From contig CANJJB010000002.1 in NCBI GenBank assembly GCA_947474635.1, positions 6,533-70,532 of the forward strand: a stretch of 64,000 nt of DNA, read 5' to 3'. Below, one piece after another: positions 37,280 through 48,293 of the stretch. Numbering within the stretch: the stretch's first letter is position 1; each line of letters begins with the position of its first letter. This DNA comes from Parachlamydiales bacterium. Its GTDB lineage: Bacteria > Chlamydiota > Chlamydiia > Chlamydiales > Rhabdochlamydiaceae. A program made the translations under genes and the position numbers. A model generated the notes under the pieces. That model was not told the DNA's origin. It made no database searches and worked only from the letters and a program-made list of their open reading frames with translations.

Positions 37280-38620
37280 CTAGTTTTTATCCATTAGGCT
37301 AAGCAACGCCGGCTGTTGCTCTGGGTGCGCAAGTGTTACAACTGCATAGAGCGGCCTTGAATCGATTTTATCTGTTTTCTGATAACTTTTAGCCCAAAAA
37401 CGCATGCCAACAGGTGATTGTTTATGCTCTTCTAGAAATTGATGCATACTTCGCAGGGTAGACCCATGACCACTTTTGACTTCGATTGGAAGAATTTTGT
37501 GCTGAAAATCATATACATAATCAATTTCTGCTTGAGCCCCATTAGATTCTCTTTTCCAAAAAAATAGATCAGGCTTTGATGTAGGAGAGGCATAGGTAAG
37601 AAGCTCTTGTCCGACAAAAGCCTCTACAATAGTACCTCGATTAATCAGGTCTTTATCGGGGTTCAAAAACCAAGCTGCTAAGTCTAGCCCTAAAAGCGTT
37701 TGGGCAATGCCAACATCTAGAAAAATGAGCTTAAACCAGTTAAGATTGACTTCTCCTCCGAGAGGCGCTCCATTTGCGGCGCTGTGGGTAATTTGGTGAA
37801 CTACATTAGCTCTACGTAAAAGATCAAGAGCAGGGGCAAGTTCTCTTTTTTTGTAGTCTCCATGAATTTCAGAATATTTAAACTGCTTTCCAATAAAATG
37901 GGGGATTTGATTAAAAAGAATACCCAGGTAGGGTAGCTGGTGTCTTTCAGCATATTTATAAAAATCTTGCTGGTAAATTTGCACCAGATCTTTTTGCACT
38001 TCATGGCAGGCTCTAGGATCTTGAGTTTCTACCCAAGCGCTTATGGCCTCCGGCATCCCTCCAATTGCCAGATAATGGTTCACAAGATCAAGAAGTTTAT
38101 CATGAAGGATTTTAGAAAAGGGCTGCTTGCTTAATAGGGCATCAATGAATTGAGCATTGCCTGTTGCAGCAAGAAATTCTACAAACGAAAGGGGATATAC
38201 ATAGAGCACGTGTATCCGTCCGACAGGCAGCCCTACATTTTCGACAGCAAAGTCAACCAAAGATCCTGCAGCAATAACATGCAGCTCTGGCATTTTTTCA
38301 TAAAAATAGCGTAAAGCTATAATAGCTTGGGGAGCTGCTTGTATTTCATCTAGAAAAAGCAGCGTCTTTCCAGGAACAATGGTTGTCTGTGTAAGTAGGC
38401 CGAGCTCCCACAGAATTCTTATGGGCTCCAAATCCTTTTCAAAAATGGTCTTGGCCGCAGGAGTAAGTTCAAAGTTGATCTCCAGCATAGATTCGAACTG
38501 TTTGCCAAGCTGTCTTACAGAATGCGTCTTCCCAATTTGTCTTGCTCCCTTGAGAAGAAGGGGCTTGCGGTTCCTTTCATCTTTCCAAGTCTTTAAGTGC
38601 CAGTCAATTAGTCTTTTCAT
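37280..38620 (-). CDS. AAA_14/DUF4143-type ATPase
   Basis: Walker A GARQIGKTH and Walker B LLFLDEIQ. Distant paralog of 34898-36157. Confidence 0.82.
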   Translation of the reverse strand: MKRLIDWHLKTWKDERNRKPLLLKGARQIGKTHSVRQLGKQFESMLEINFELTPAAKTIFEKDLEPIRILWELGLLTQTTIVPGKTLLFLDEIQAAPQAIIALRYFYEKMPELHVIAAGSLVDFAVENVGLPVGRIHVLYVYPLSFVEFLAATGNAQFIDALLSKQPFSKILHDKLLDLVNHYLAIGGMPEAISAWVETQDPRACHEVQKDLVQIYQQDFYKYAERHQLPYLGILFNQIPHFIGKQFKYSEIHGDYKKRELAPALDLLRRANVVHQITHSAANGAPLGGEVNLNWFKLIFLDVGIAQTLLGLDLAAWFLNPDKDLINRGTIVEAFVGQELLTYASPTSKPDLFFWKRESNGAQAEIDYVYDFQHKILPIEVKSGHGSTLRSMHQFLEEHKQSPVGMRFWAKSYQKTDKIDSRPLYAVVTLAHPEQQPALLSLMDKN

Positions 38621-38630
38621 GTTGAAAATT

Positions 38631-38734
38631 TAAACCAAATATAGGTGTTCATGTCTGAAATATAAACCAAAAACCTATTTTAATGCTCAAAAAATAAACC
38701 AAAAATGCAAAACCATGTTCGAAATATAAACCAA
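38631..38734. promoter_or_regulatory. four TAAACCAA boxes at exact 32-bp spacing upstream of the ATPase gene
   Basis: Boxes at 38631, 38663, 38695 and 38727. Copies 2 and 4 share a 14-mer, GAAATATAAACCAA. Confidence 0.4.
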
Positions 38735-38750
38735 GTCTTCAATGACACGG

Positions 38751-39641
38751 TTATTTTACGCTTTTAAGCTCTGCGATCTTTTTGTGGATTTCAGGAAGCC
38801 TATTGCGGGCCTGTTTTTGCCCTTCTTTGAACATCTCATAATTGAGATGCTCACTGAACATGCCGATATCTTGAAAGCTCATCTTAATAGCAACATCTGC
38901 TTTTTCTAGAGAGTGAGCAAGGAGTTTTCGATAGGAGATTTCTATTCCACGTTTAGCAACGCCAAACATGTGCTTTGGTTTTGCAGAAGGTAATTCTTCA
39001 CTCACATCGATTGCTATGACAATTTGAGCGCCATATCTTCTTGCAACTTCAACAGGAAGGGGACTTGTGATCCCTCCGTCAATGAGATGCTTACCATGCA
39101 GCACGACAGGCTTAAAAAGACCTGGAAGCGCAGAAGAAGCATGCACAGCACTAGAGAGTTCTCCTTGTGAGAGCTCTACTGTCTCTCCATTAAAAAGATC
39201 AGTCGCTACCACAATCAGCGGAATTTTCAAATCTGTAAATGTTTGTGCAGAGAGATTCTTATCCATGAAGCTGCGCAGTTTCTTACCTTGGACAACGCCA
39301 AAGCGAGAGCCAAAAAAAGAGGTGTCTAGCAAGTCTGATTTTTTAAGATCAAGAAAGAGCTTTTCTGCATGAGATAAATCAGGACTATCAGCATAAAAAG
39401 CTCCAATGATAGCACCTGCACTGCACCCCACAATCAAATCAGGTCTTATACCCGCTTTTTCAAGCTCTTGGATAGCACCTAAATGCGCAAGCCCTTTAGA
39501 GCCGCCTCCTCCTAATACAAGAGCTATTCGGACAGGCTCTTTTGCCTCAAACTGCATAACGTGGGAGCTTCCCTGATCAGGGGAGTGAAGGGCAGCGCAC
39601 CCTGCAAGAAGTAAACAAGCAAGAAGAAAATGTAAGATCAT
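38751..39641 (-). CDS. patatin-like phospholipase, probable lipoprotein
   Basis: Lipobox LLAGC, oxyanion GGGGSKG, nucleophile GCSAG, and catalytic DGG. Confidence 0.88.
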   Translation of the reverse strand: MILHFLLACLLLAGCAALHSPDQGSSHVMQFEAKEPVRIALVLGGGGSKGLAHLGAIQELEKAGIRPDLIVGCSAGAIIGAFYADSPDLSHAEKLFLDLKKSDLLDTSFFGSRFGVVQGKKLRSFMDKNLSAQTFTDLKIPLIVVATDLFNGETVELSQGELSSAVHASSALPGLFKPVVLHGKHLIDGGITSPLPVEVARRYGAQIVIAIDVSEELPSAKPKHMFGVAKRGIEISYRKLLAHSLEKADVAIKMSFQDIGMFSEHLNYEMFKEGQKQARNRLPEIHKKIAELKSVK

Positions 39642-40486
39642 GTCTCTGCTTTCCCTTTTGTAAGATCAACACAGTGAATGAAAAGCTGGCAGCTCATATA
39701 GCTCTTTTTTTCTTGTTCTTGATTTATAAGATGTTTAATTGCCCGAGAGAACAAAGAGGTCAAGCTGGCATAAGAAGTTGCTTTTACTATATTGAAGGGA
39801 TTTCCACTGAGATTCCATAACAATCTGCCTGTGCCAAGTAGGCTAATCCTTCTAGAAAAGTTTTTAACGCCGGTAGGAAAAGCTCTAGAGTATTGTAGTA
39901 CGGCAAGCCCACACAATAGCGCAATTTTGTGCGAGGTGGCATAATCCATAGCATTAAACACACGATTCCCGAATCGTATAACAGCAATGGGAGTATGGTT
40001 GATCAGTGGAGGCAGAAAGTGAAAGAGCGCGCTTGCAGTAACACGTCTCTTTAGATGGTCAAATAAAGGAGAATAACACATTTTATAGATCATCTGGCTA
40101 ACAATCAATGAGACCACGTTATGTATATATGGGTTTTGGAAATAGGATTGCAAAGTGTCGATCTTTGAAAGGACCCTATCCTTCCAAAGGGGATATAGAG
40201 AAGCAGAAGAGTCTGGGACTTGACGTGCTGCTTTAGTGATAGCCTGCTTATTAGCTGAAAACTTTTCAGAGAAGACATACCTAAGAAGTAACGACTGGGG
40301 GTCAGGGGATTTGATAGAAAGCTTCCAGTTTCCTATTATTGTTTCTGCTCTTTCTTTGAGGGTATGTTCATTTGGTTGATTGACATAATCCTTAAACCAA
40401 TTATTTTCATCTGCGGAAAGCGCCTTGTTTTGCGCCTGAAAAACAGCATCAATGTATTGCTGATGATTAGAAACTGGAGAAGACAT
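39638..40486 (-). CDS. hypothetical protein, 282 aa, co-transcribed with the patatin gene
   Basis: 4-nt overlap with the patatin start. No recognised motif. Confidence 0.55.
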   Translation of the reverse strand: MSSPVSNHQQYIDAVFQAQNKALSADENNWFKDYVNQPNEHTLKERAETIIGNWKLSIKSPDPQSLLLRYVFSEKFSANKQAITKAARQVPDSSASLYPLWKDRVLSKIDTLQSYFQNPYIHNVVSLIVSQMIYKMCYSPLFDHLKRRVTASALFHFLPPLINHTPIAVIRFGNRVFNAMDYATSHKIALLCGLAVLQYSRAFPTGVKNFSRRISLLGTGRLLWNLSGNPFNIVKATSYASLTSLFSRAIKHLINQEQEKKSYMSCQLFIHCVDLTKGKAET

Positions 40487-40612
40487 CTGGCCTCGTTTGG
40501 TTAAATTAATGCCACCAGTTATACACCAGAATAGTTTTTTCTAACAGGGGATTAGCATCCCTTTTTCACTTTTGATCTATCAAGAAATATTTACTATGAC
40601 TATAAGAAAACC

Positions 40613-41605
40613 ATGAGCATAGAAATTGTTTTTTTTATTGTCTTGCTGGGTTTCATCTTTGACTATACAAACGGCTTTCATGATGCAGCAAACGTCGTCT
40701 CAACTGTCATTGCCACAAAAGCGATGCGGCCCCTTGCCGCCATCTTAATGGCAGCTGCTTTAAATATCATCGGAGCCACCCAGATTGGGGGAGTTGCTCA
40801 CACAATCAGCGCAGGGCTGGTGCAGGCGGGCATCGTCACAGAAGTTCTTGTCTTATCTGCTGTTGCAGGCGCAATTGTCTGGAATATCATCACATGGTAC
40901 TTTGGCATACCCGGTAGCTCCTCTTATGCTCTCATCGGAGGACTTTTGGGATCGGCCTTTTTTCAAGGGGGCCTCAAGATCATTTTATGGAACGGCGTTA
41001 TCTTTAAAGTGTTAATTCCCATGCTGATATCGCCGCTTTTAGGCTTTGTTTTAGCCTTTAGCTTCATGAAGGGGCTTACATTTTTTTTCACCCTAAGAGA
41101 AAAAAAATCACATGAACAACTATTTAGACGTCTACAAATAGGATCAGCAGGGTGCGTGGCTCTTGCCCACGGCCTTAACGATGCACAAAAAAGCATGGGT
41201 ATCATCACCCTAGGCCTTTTTGCCGGCCACCCCATTCCGTCCTTACATATCCCTTTATGGGTTATCTTCTCCTGTGCCGTAGTCATGGGTCTTGGAATGG
41301 CTTCCGGAGGTATTAGGATCATTAAAACCGTTGCCTATTCGATCACCGATCTAAAACCCATCCAAGGGTTTGCAGCTGAGATGAGCTCTTCCATTGTTAT
41401 TTTAGGCGCTAGCTTATGGGGCATGCCCATTAGTTCAACCCACATGATCGTAGGTAGCATCACAGGTGTGGGCTCTGAGAAAGGTCTTAAAGGTGTTCGC
41501 TGGAAAACAATGCAAAAATTAGGCTTTGCATGGCTCATGACCCTTCCTGTGGCAGGTTTTATTTCTTATTTAATTTACAGCTTAGTTTTAACTATCTTTT
41601 ATTAA
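40613..41605 (+). CDS. pitA: PiT-family inorganic phosphate transporter
   Basis: NGFHDAANVVST and GLNDAQKSMG signature pair, with about 10 TM segments. Confidence 0.88.
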   Translation: MSIEIVFFIVLLGFIFDYTNGFHDAANVVSTVIATKAMRPLAAILMAAALNIIGATQIGGVAHTISAGLVQAGIVTEVLVLSAVAGAIVWNIITWYFGIPGSSSYALIGGLLGSAFFQGGLKIILWNGVIFKVLIPMLISPLLGFVLAFSFMKGLTFFFTLREKKSHEQLFRRLQIGSAGCVALAHGLNDAQKSMGIITLGLFAGHPIPSLHIPLWVIFSCAVVMGLGMASGGIRIIKTVAYSITDLKPIQGFAAEMSSSIVILGASLWGMPISSTHMIVGSITGVGSEKGLKGVRWKTMQKLGFAWLMTLPVAGFISYLIYSLVLTIFY

Positions 41606-41678
41606 GATAGTTAATTTAATTACACTAATTAATTCAAATATTTACTATAATGTGATTAATGTTGCAAATAGGAGCCCC

Positions 41679-43745
41679 ATGTCTAATTCTCTCCCTCCAG
41701 AAGAGTCCAAGAAAAGACACCCGCTCACTATATTAGAAGCAGTCGATCATCTCTCTAATCTTGCCGAGCTAGATGTCTCTTCTCAAGGCAGCAAAGCGCT
41801 CAATCAAAAAAAAATCCAAGAAGCTTTTGGAACTCTCAACACTTATCTTCACCACCTCTACCAAAAAGAAAGGCCCCAGCTAAGAGACTTGCATGTCCAA
41901 ATCGGTCTCCAAGCGATGATGCAACTAGCAGGTGAGGCTGCAACCCAAATAGAGAAGTTCACAGAGATCTTTCAAGATACTGCAGGTAAAGAGATCCCCG
42001 AGTACGAGAAGCTCCAGCAATTTTATCAATCCAAAATCGTAACCAAGCTCCAAAAAACAGAAGGGGAAGAGTCGACCCCTGGAGCAGGCCATATCTTAGC
42101 GCACACCCATGAAATCGCCTTAGAAAAACAAGCAATTAAAGACCTAGAAACTGTCCGCCAAGATAGAGATTATGAACTCTTTTACCTACATAAGGAAGAT
42201 GGTATGCCTTTTTTCAATGAGAACCTAGAAAGACATATCCGCCTAGTCGGACGTTTTGATAAGAGCGTAGCTTCCCCTGATAGAGAAGATCTTCTTACAC
42301 GCATGCAAATTGCGCTTGATAGAGACTACCACGTATCTGCCATAGAAATACTCAAAAACATAGAGCCCCAGCTAGGAACTTTCTATAAAGAATCCCTTAA
42401 ATACAAACACAATGACCTTGTTGCAGCCATTAACAAATCCCTCATGGCGCTCATGCTGGCTGCCAACCCCAGAAACCTCATTCATAATGTAACCTCTCAA
42501 AAAAGCTGTCTCCACTACTTTATAGATTTTCAGAGGTATTTAAGAGAGGCGCTCTCATCAGATGAGTATTTCCAGATGCTCTATGTTGAGCTGCAAAAAG
42601 ATCCACCCTTTTTCCTTCACACAAAAAAACTAGCTCATCTCTTAGCAAGCCTCCTCTTCTTAAGAGTAGGCTCCCAGCATGACAACCTCGACTTAATTAA
42701 ATCCCTCTTTAACAAAGAAGAGATCAAATTTTCTTCTTTTACCACAACACTTACAGCCACTGATGAAGCAATACGACAGGAGCTTTTGAATTATCCCAGC
42801 GGCCCTCTCCTTGAAATCTTAGACAGTCTAGATAGTGGAAGAAAAAAAGAAGAGTTCGATCCTATTTTACAAAAAAATGCTCCCTTCCAGCTTTTTTCCA
42901 TCGCATCAGAAAACATCCATACAACCTTTATCCATCTTCCCAGCCCCACTCACCAAGAATTGATCGATAAAGCGCATGTCATACCAGAGTTTCTTGGCTA
43001 CCTACGCTCACTAGATGAAAAAAAGCACCTCCTTATCAACATGCAAGATCTCACATCTTGGAAAGATCATGCCCGTAGCCATGCTTTAGAAGAAATCTCC
43101 AAAGAAAAAGACTTTGAGAAAAATCTTCTCCTCATCACATTTCCGAAAGACACCGACTTTTACCACCAGCAAAGTGATTATGCCGAGTTAAAAAACAGCA
43201 TATCTTTCAAAGATGCACTCAAAGAACAAATCCTATCAGGCAAGCAGTGTGGATTTTATTTTCCCCCAAGCTTTGATGTAACCCAAGAGCTTTTTCCCTT
43301 CATCGATTTTATCCACGAACATTTCTATGCAAATGCTATAGAGCTTTCTCAAAAAGAAAGACAAGATTTTATCGAAATTTTCTACTTCTTTTCTTTCCTT
43401 CTCATCATAGAAAAACAAGCTCCTGACACAGTCAGTTTTACTTCCAAAGACAGCATAGATACAGGATCTACAGCCTCTAGCTCTTTCTTTGGTTTCATCC
43501 GCCTTCTTGGCTCAAGTGCTCCCTGGACAGATCAAGAAAGAGACTTCTTTCTCTTTACCTTCTATAAATCAGCAGCTTTTGTCCGCCATAGAGCGCCTTT
43601 CATACATCGCATCCAAAGAACGCTCTCTTCCCTTGAGCACTTTGAAAAAGTACTCAAATCCCAAAGAGAGACCCTCTTAAAAGCCTGCAACAAGTTGCTT
43701 CCTAACTTTCCTCTCCACAAGCTCACCCTCAGCAAAGTTGCCTAA
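41679..43745 (+). CDS. hypothetical protein, 688 aa
   Basis: ATG 41679 preceded by GGAG at 41671-41674. Helical, with no signal peptide and no recognised motif. Confidence 0.6.
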   Translation: MSNSLPPEESKKRHPLTILEAVDHLSNLAELDVSSQGSKALNQKKIQEAFGTLNTYLHHLYQKERPQLRDLHVQIGLQAMMQLAGEAATQIEKFTEIFQDTAGKEIPEYEKLQQFYQSKIVTKLQKTEGEESTPGAGHILAHTHEIALEKQAIKDLETVRQDRDYELFYLHKEDGMPFFNENLERHIRLVGRFDKSVASPDREDLLTRMQIALDRDYHVSAIEILKNIEPQLGTFYKESLKYKHNDLVAAINKSLMALMLAANPRNLIHNVTSQKSCLHYFIDFQRYLREALSSDEYFQMLYVELQKDPPFFLHTKKLAHLLASLLFLRVGSQHDNLDLIKSLFNKEEIKFSSFTTTLTATDEAIRQELLNYPSGPLLEILDSLDSGRKKEEFDPILQKNAPFQLFSIASENIHTTFIHLPSPTHQELIDKAHVIPEFLGYLRSLDEKKHLLINMQDLTSWKDHARSHALEEISKEKDFEKNLLLITFPKDTDFYHQQSDYAELKNSISFKDALKEQILSGKQCGFYFPPSFDVTQELFPFIDFIHEHFYANAIELSQKERQDFIEIFYFFSFLLIIEKQAPDTVSFTSKDSIDTGSTASSSFFGFIRLLGSSAPWTDQERDFFLFTFYKSAAFVRHRAPFIHRIQRTLSSLEHFEKVLKSQRETLLKACNKLLPNFPLHKLTLSKVA

Positions 43746-43804
43746 AGTTTTGTAGTTGCCACACAAATACAATTTATTTATTGTCTGGTAAAATGGAGCC
43801 TTCC

Positions 43805-45694
43805 ATGAACTACAAGCGCTTGAGCTATCTTCTTCTGACATCACCACTCCTACTCCATGCAAATGAACCTTGCGTAAGTACTCACGATCTAAATCACGTG
43901 TCCATCCGCCACATAGAATCCAAAGGTCTTGGTTATACAGATGGCTACACAACTCTTGAAGGATTCTTTGTGCCCCTATCAGCTTTAAACACCCGTTGGG
44001 TTCCGTTCTTAGATGTCAGAGGGCATATCTTTAACAACAGCAAGCCCGCTGCGAATACAGGCGTAGGTCTTCGTTACATCGAGTCAAGAGTATGGGGTGG
44101 CAATGTTTATTACGATTACCGCAAAACTCGTGAGCGTAACTACAACCAAGTCTCTTTTGGATTTGAGTCTCTTGGTAGATATCTTGATTACCGCATCAAT
44201 GGTTATTTCCCTGTAGGTAAACACAAGGGATCTCTTTCGGATGCAACCTTTGCTCATTTTTCTGGCAACTCTCTTTACCTCTCTCGCAAGCAGGAGCTTG
44301 CTCTGAAAGGCACCAATGCAGAAGTAGGTGTTCACATTGCTAAAGTCAAAGGGATCGACTTCTATAGCGCGCTCGGCCCCTACTATTTTGCAAATGATAC
44401 GAAGCACACCTTCGGTGGTGAGTTTAGAATAGGCATGGATGTACTGAACATCTTGCGCATCGAAGGCAACACTTCTTACGATCACCTCTTCAAATGGATC
44501 GGACAAGGGCAGATTAGCCTCTCTTATGCATTCACTCCTAAAAAAATGAGCCGCAAAGAGAAAAAAGGTAGCTGCTCATTCCACGGGCTGGTGCGCGATA
44601 GAGCCTTTCAGCGTGTAGATAAACAGGAGATCATTGTTGTAACAACTCAGAAGAAAAAGAGCGTAGCGATTAACCCTGCAACAGGACTTCCTTATACCTT
44701 CTGGTTTGTGGATAATACAAGCCACTCTGCTGGAACGTATGAGTCGCCTTTTAATACTCTGCTAGATGCTCACAATCATTCTGGGCCTAATGACATCATT
44801 GCGGTGCTGCCTGGGGATGGGACAGATAAAGGGATGAATGCAGGGATTATATTACAAAATGGCCAGAAGCTGTGGGGGATGAGTGTTGTGCATGCACTAC
44901 CAACAACTCTGGGGACAATTAAGATTAAGCCTCTAGCAACCACGATGCCGACTTTGAGTAATAGTGGTGACAGTGTTGTAACTGGTGCCAATAATAATGA
45001 TATTGTAGGACTAAAGATCGTGAGCGGTGAAAATTCGGTGGGTATTTTATTGAATCAAGCTGGAAAATTCAACATTGAAAACAATATTATTTTTTGCAGA
45101 AGTAATTTTGGGGTATATCTGCATAATATATCAACAAATACTAATATCGCAAATAATACATTCACAGGCACTACTGGAACCACAGGAATTGCATTACTTG
45201 GTTGTTCTGGAAATTGCACCATTAGCAACAATTTCTTAACAGGAATGAGCTACGGTATCACCATCGGATATATTAATAAGCTTTTAGACTGCTCCGTTGT
45301 TGGCAACAAAATAGACTTTGTTCCTAGCGCCTCACAGATCAATACTGCAGGCATCAGTTGTAATGTGGGTGATTGGATAGAGCTTACTTGTAATTCTGCA
45401 CGTATATACAATTCAGGCGTCAGACTATCCTTTGATACTCTGCTGGCAAATACTAGAGTCCTAATCTCAGATAATCAGATCAACAATTTGAATCTTGCTC
45501 AAAACCAATCCCCTTCCGGGATATTGATTCAGCTCAATGGCAACCTATCTGCAACCTTAAGAAACAATCAATCCACAACTCCAGATCTAGTAGGCGCGCC
45601 AGCTTATCTCTTTCAGAACCTAGGCGGAGCCACTAAATCCCAAATCAACTTCACACCTGACAACATCGGAAACGCTAAGTATACAGGCTTCTAG
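43805..45694 (+). CDS. inverse autotransporter (intimin/invasin-type beta-barrel) with right-handed beta-helix passenger
   Basis: Signal peptide [19 protein letters not shown]. The barrel region ([43 protein letters not shown] ... ISLSYAF) aligns by eye with the intimin beta-domain. The C-terminal half has PbH1-like repeats ([33 protein letters not shown]). Confidence 0.68.
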   Translation: MNYKRLSYLLLTSPLLLHANEPCVSTHDLNHVSIRHIESKGLGYTDGYTTLEGFFVPLSALNTRWVPFLDVRGHIFNNSKPAANTGVGLRYIESRVWGGNVYYDYRKTRERNYNQVSFGFESLGRYLDYRINGYFPVGKHKGSLSDATFAHFSGNSLYLSRKQELALKGTNAEVGVHIAKVKGIDFYSALGPYYFANDTKHTFGGEFRIGMDVLNILRIEGNTSYDHLFKWIGQGQISLSYAFTPKKMSRKEKKGSCSFHGLVRDRAFQRVDKQEIIVVTTQKKKSVAINPATGLPYTFWFVDNTSHSAGTYESPFNTLLDAHNHSGPNDIIAVLPGDGTDKGMNAGIILQNGQKLWGMSVVHALPTTLGTIKIKPLATTMPTLSNSGDSVVTGANNNDIVGLKIVSGENSVGILLNQAGKFNIENNIIFCRSNFGVYLHNISTNTNIANNTFTGTTGTTGIALLGCSGNCTISNNFLTGMSYGITIGYINKLLDCSVVGNKIDFVPSASQINTAGISCNVGDWIELTCNSARIYNSGVRLSFDTLLANTRVLISDNQINNLNLAQNQSPSGILIQLNGNLSATLRNNQSTTPDLVGAPAYLFQNLGGATKSQINFTPDNIGNAKYTGF

Positions 45695-46260
45695 TTAAGA
45701 CTTAAATCTTCAGGGATCATCGAGAGCGTAGCATACTTGCCGCCCATCTCGCGCAGTATCGTCTGCCAGGCCTTTTCGGGAGGCGTCTCAAAGACGTGCT
45801 TAGCTGAAGCAGGATGGAGAAACCAGAGACCTGAGAGGAATTCTTTTTCTAGCTCCCCGGGGCCCCAGCCAGAATAGCCAAAACAGAGTCTGACGTGAGG
45901 GCCGTGGCTATCCATGATCGCATCTTGGAGGAACTGAAGATCGCCGCCAAGAAAAACGCCTTCACAGACTTCGAGGGTTTGGTCGGGGACCTTGGGCGAG
46001 GAGTGAAGGAGCATCATCTGGCTCGGTTGAAGGGGGCCGCCTGTTCTAATTTGGACATTGGGATTTTCTATGTCTTGGAGGTTGATAACTTCTTCGGGAA
46101 GTTCAGCATCGAGTATTTTGTTGATCATGATGCCAAATGAGCCGCTCGGGCTGTGCTCGCAGATGAGAATCACGCCGCGGAAATAAATACCTGAGTCAGT
46201 GTCAGGACTTGCAATGAGGAAAGTGCCTTTAGTGAGATGAGAATAGGGGGCTGTTTCCAT
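45691..46260 (-). CDS. yqgE: YqgE/AlgH family protein (UPF0301)
   Basis: Blocks [22 protein letters not shown] and [11 protein letters not shown]. Start set at ATG 46260, immediately after the mlaD stop. Confidence 0.82.
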   Translation of the reverse strand: METAPYSHLTKGTFLIASPDTDSGIYFRGVILICEHSPSGSFGIMINKILDAELPEEVINLQDIENPNVQIRTGGPLQPSQMMLLHSSPKVPDQTLEVCEGVFLGGDLQFLQDAIMDSHGPHVRLCFGYSGWGPGELEKEFLSGLWFLHPASAKHVFETPPEKAWQTILREMGGKYATLSMIPEDLSLN

Positions 46261-46261
46261 A

Positions 46262-47470
46262 TTAAGGGCTCGTAAGGGCTTCAGAGAAGCGTTCATTGTA
46301 GAGTTTCAAGTTGTCTGATAGTTCACCCACTTGACGGAGGAGTTCAGCAAAGTCTTTTTTAAACATCGGGGTGTCTAATATCTTCTCAGATTCTGTTGTT
46401 GACTCTGCTTTTTGAATGAGGAGGCCAATGCGTGACATCGCGGTATTGATGTCATCGACTTCTGTTTGGAAATAGGTTCTGAAGGAGTCGGGTGTGTCTA
46501 GAGCATTGAGGACGTTTATGCGTTTTGTGCGTTGTCTCTGCCAGCCTTTATTGAGGTGGAAAAGAAGGCCATAGTGGTTCATGTCATTCATGAGGGTGTC
46601 AATTTTACTCATGACCCCATTGATGCGAAGGTAGAAGTCATCGCTTTCAATGAGCTTGCCAATCGTTCCCTTGCCTTCTGATATCGTTTGGGTAATCTGT
46701 GCAAGAGAGCCGCCGGTTGCTGTGAAATTAGCAACAAGGGGCCCCATGTTGGTGAAGACATCATCTGCGTCCATTTGAGCAAGAGCTGCGTTGATCTTAT
46801 CCATCGAGCCGGTAAAGCTTGTTGCTCCGAGTTTGATCTGATGGATGAGCTCTTCATCGTTGACAGATTTGGTAGCAATTTCTATCTGATCCATGGCAGA
46901 GCCAAAGGAGGAGACGGCATGGGAGAGGTTCTCAGAGTTATTTTTGAACCACTCTTTGATGAGGTCGATCGTTTCTTCAATTTTATGGCTGATCACGGAG
47001 ATCTGGCTGAAGGTATTTTCAATGGGGTCGATAGACTCTGCATAGAAAGGGGTTTTTTCTGTGATGCGCTCGGGGATAAAACCTTTAGGAGGGGATCTGG
47101 GTACGATGGAAATCGATTTTTCTCCTAATAGGCCCGAGGTTTGGATTTCAATTTGGTCGGTGTTGAAGACTTTGACGTTGGAGTCAATTTTTAGGGTGAG
47201 CTGATAGAAATAAAGTCTTCCTAAGGTGTCAGAGGGCTGAGTTTCACGGGCATGGAAGATCTCATTGACTTCTGTCACTTCTCCAATTGCTTTTCCAGCA
47301 AAGAGAACGCGCGTTCCGACATTGATCTTGTTGATGTCTGAGAATCTTACATACAGTATTTGTTTTTCATCGCCAACAGAGGGGCGCAAGAAAAATATGA
47401 ACCCAACAAAAAGAACAATACCACCAATCAGAAATAATCCTATAAGTAAGTTCTTAATCTGATTAGACAT
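46262..47470 (-). CDS. mlaD: MlaD-like MCE-domain protein
   Basis: N-terminal TM segment, MCE domain ([25 protein letters not shown]), and a long helical C-terminus. Overlaps mlaF by 8 nt. Confidence 0.78.
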   Translation of the reverse strand: MSNQIKNLLIGLFLIGGIVLFVGFIFFLRPSVGDEKQILYVRFSDINKINVGTRVLFAGKAIGEVTEVNEIFHARETQPSDTLGRLYFYQLTLKIDSNVKVFNTDQIEIQTSGLLGEKSISIVPRSPPKGFIPERITEKTPFYAESIDPIENTFSQISVISHKIEETIDLIKEWFKNNSENLSHAVSSFGSAMDQIEIATKSVNDEELIHQIKLGATSFTGSMDKINAALAQMDADDVFTNMGPLVANFTATGGSLAQITQTISEGKGTIGKLIESDDFYLRINGVMSKIDTLMNDMNHYGLLFHLNKGWQRQRTKRINVLNALDTPDSFRTYFQTEVDDINTAMSRIGLLIQKAESTTESEKILDTPMFKKDFAELLRQVGELSDNLKLYNERFSEALTSP

Positions 47471-48281
47471 TTAGTCCTTTGTTATTATTTGCGTTATTAA
47501 AACAGCTGTCCCTAAATTTTCGGGGATCTTCAGAAATCATCTTCCTTAAGAATTCAATTACAGGATCGTCGATTTTTAGGAAAGAGTCAGGATCAGCAAT
47601 ATATGCAATCTTACCATCTTTTATCAGCGCAAGTCTATTCCCAACACTTAAAGCAGATAAAATATCATGGGTCACAACGATGCTTGTTCCTTTTAATTCT
47701 TTTTGCGTTTTTACAATGAGTTGATTGATTTGCATAGCGGTGATGGGATCAAGACCGGTTGTTGGCTCATCATAAAGAAGGAGTGAGGGGCGGTAGACAA
47801 TCAGCCTGGCAAGGCCTGCGCGTTTACGCATGCCTCCTGATAACTCAGAGGGCATTTTTTTTTGTGTGCCTGCAAGGCCTACCATCTCTAACGCGTGGTC
47901 GACAAGATCTTGCACTTCATTATCTGTATATTTTTTTCCTTCTTTGAGATTGCCGTGTTCCTTCAGAAAAAAGGCTGTGTTTTCTTCGACGTTCATCGAA
48001 TCAAAAAGAGCTGCTCCCTGAAAAAGCATGCCCATATCGATGATTGCTTTATAAAGCTCTTGTCCTGATAGTCCAGATACGTCTGTTCCATTCACCTCAA
48101 TTGAGCCTTCATCTGGCTTGGATATGCCGATGATGTGTTTGAGGAGCACGCTTTTCCCCATGCCAGATCTTCCCAAGATGACAAGGGTCTCTCCATTCTG
48201 GACATCGAGATCAAGTCCTGCTAGGACTTGAAGCTTGCCATATTTTTTCCAGAGGTTTCTTATTTTAATCATATATACCAA
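47463..48281 (-). CDS. mlaF: ABC transporter ATPase, MlaF-like
   Basis: Walker A GRSGMGKS, signature LSGGMRKR, and Walker B LLLYDEP. Confidence 0.9.
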   Translation of the reverse strand: MVYMIKIRNLWKKYGKLQVLAGLDLDVQNGETLVILGRSGMGKSVLLKHIIGISKPDEGSIEVNGTDVSGLSGQELYKAIIDMGMLFQGAALFDSMNVEENTAFFLKEHGNLKEGKKYTDNEVQDLVDHALEMVGLAGTQKKMPSELSGGMRKRAGLARLIVYRPSLLLYDEPTTGLDPITAMQINQLIVKTQKELKGTSIVVTHDILSALSVGNRLALIKDGKIAYIADPDSFLKIDDPVIEFLRKMISEDPRKFRDSCFNNANNNKGLNV

Positions 48282-48293
48282 ATATCACAAAAG

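Noticed and set aside
38631-38734. Regularly spaced repeats considered as a possible miniature CRISPR array
   Set aside because: The repeat core is only 8-14 nt. The spacers are AT-rich leader sequence and partly similar to one another. There are no cas genes. The position directly upstream of a start codon fits an operator or iteron array better.
40785-41322. ORFs 40785-41015 (+) and 40963-41322 (-) inside the phosphate transporter gene
   Set aside because: They are alternative-frame or antisense shadows of the PiT gene, which carries both family signature motifs.
44084-44506. 140-aa minus-strand ORF
   Set aside because: It lies fully inside the barrel region of the inverse autotransporter gene, whose frame carries recognisable family motifs. 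It is a shadow ORF.
46688-47128. 146-aa plus-strand ORF, and 46609-46878 on the minus strand in another frame
   Set aside because: Both lie inside mlaD, which has the expected TM + MCE layout and operon context.
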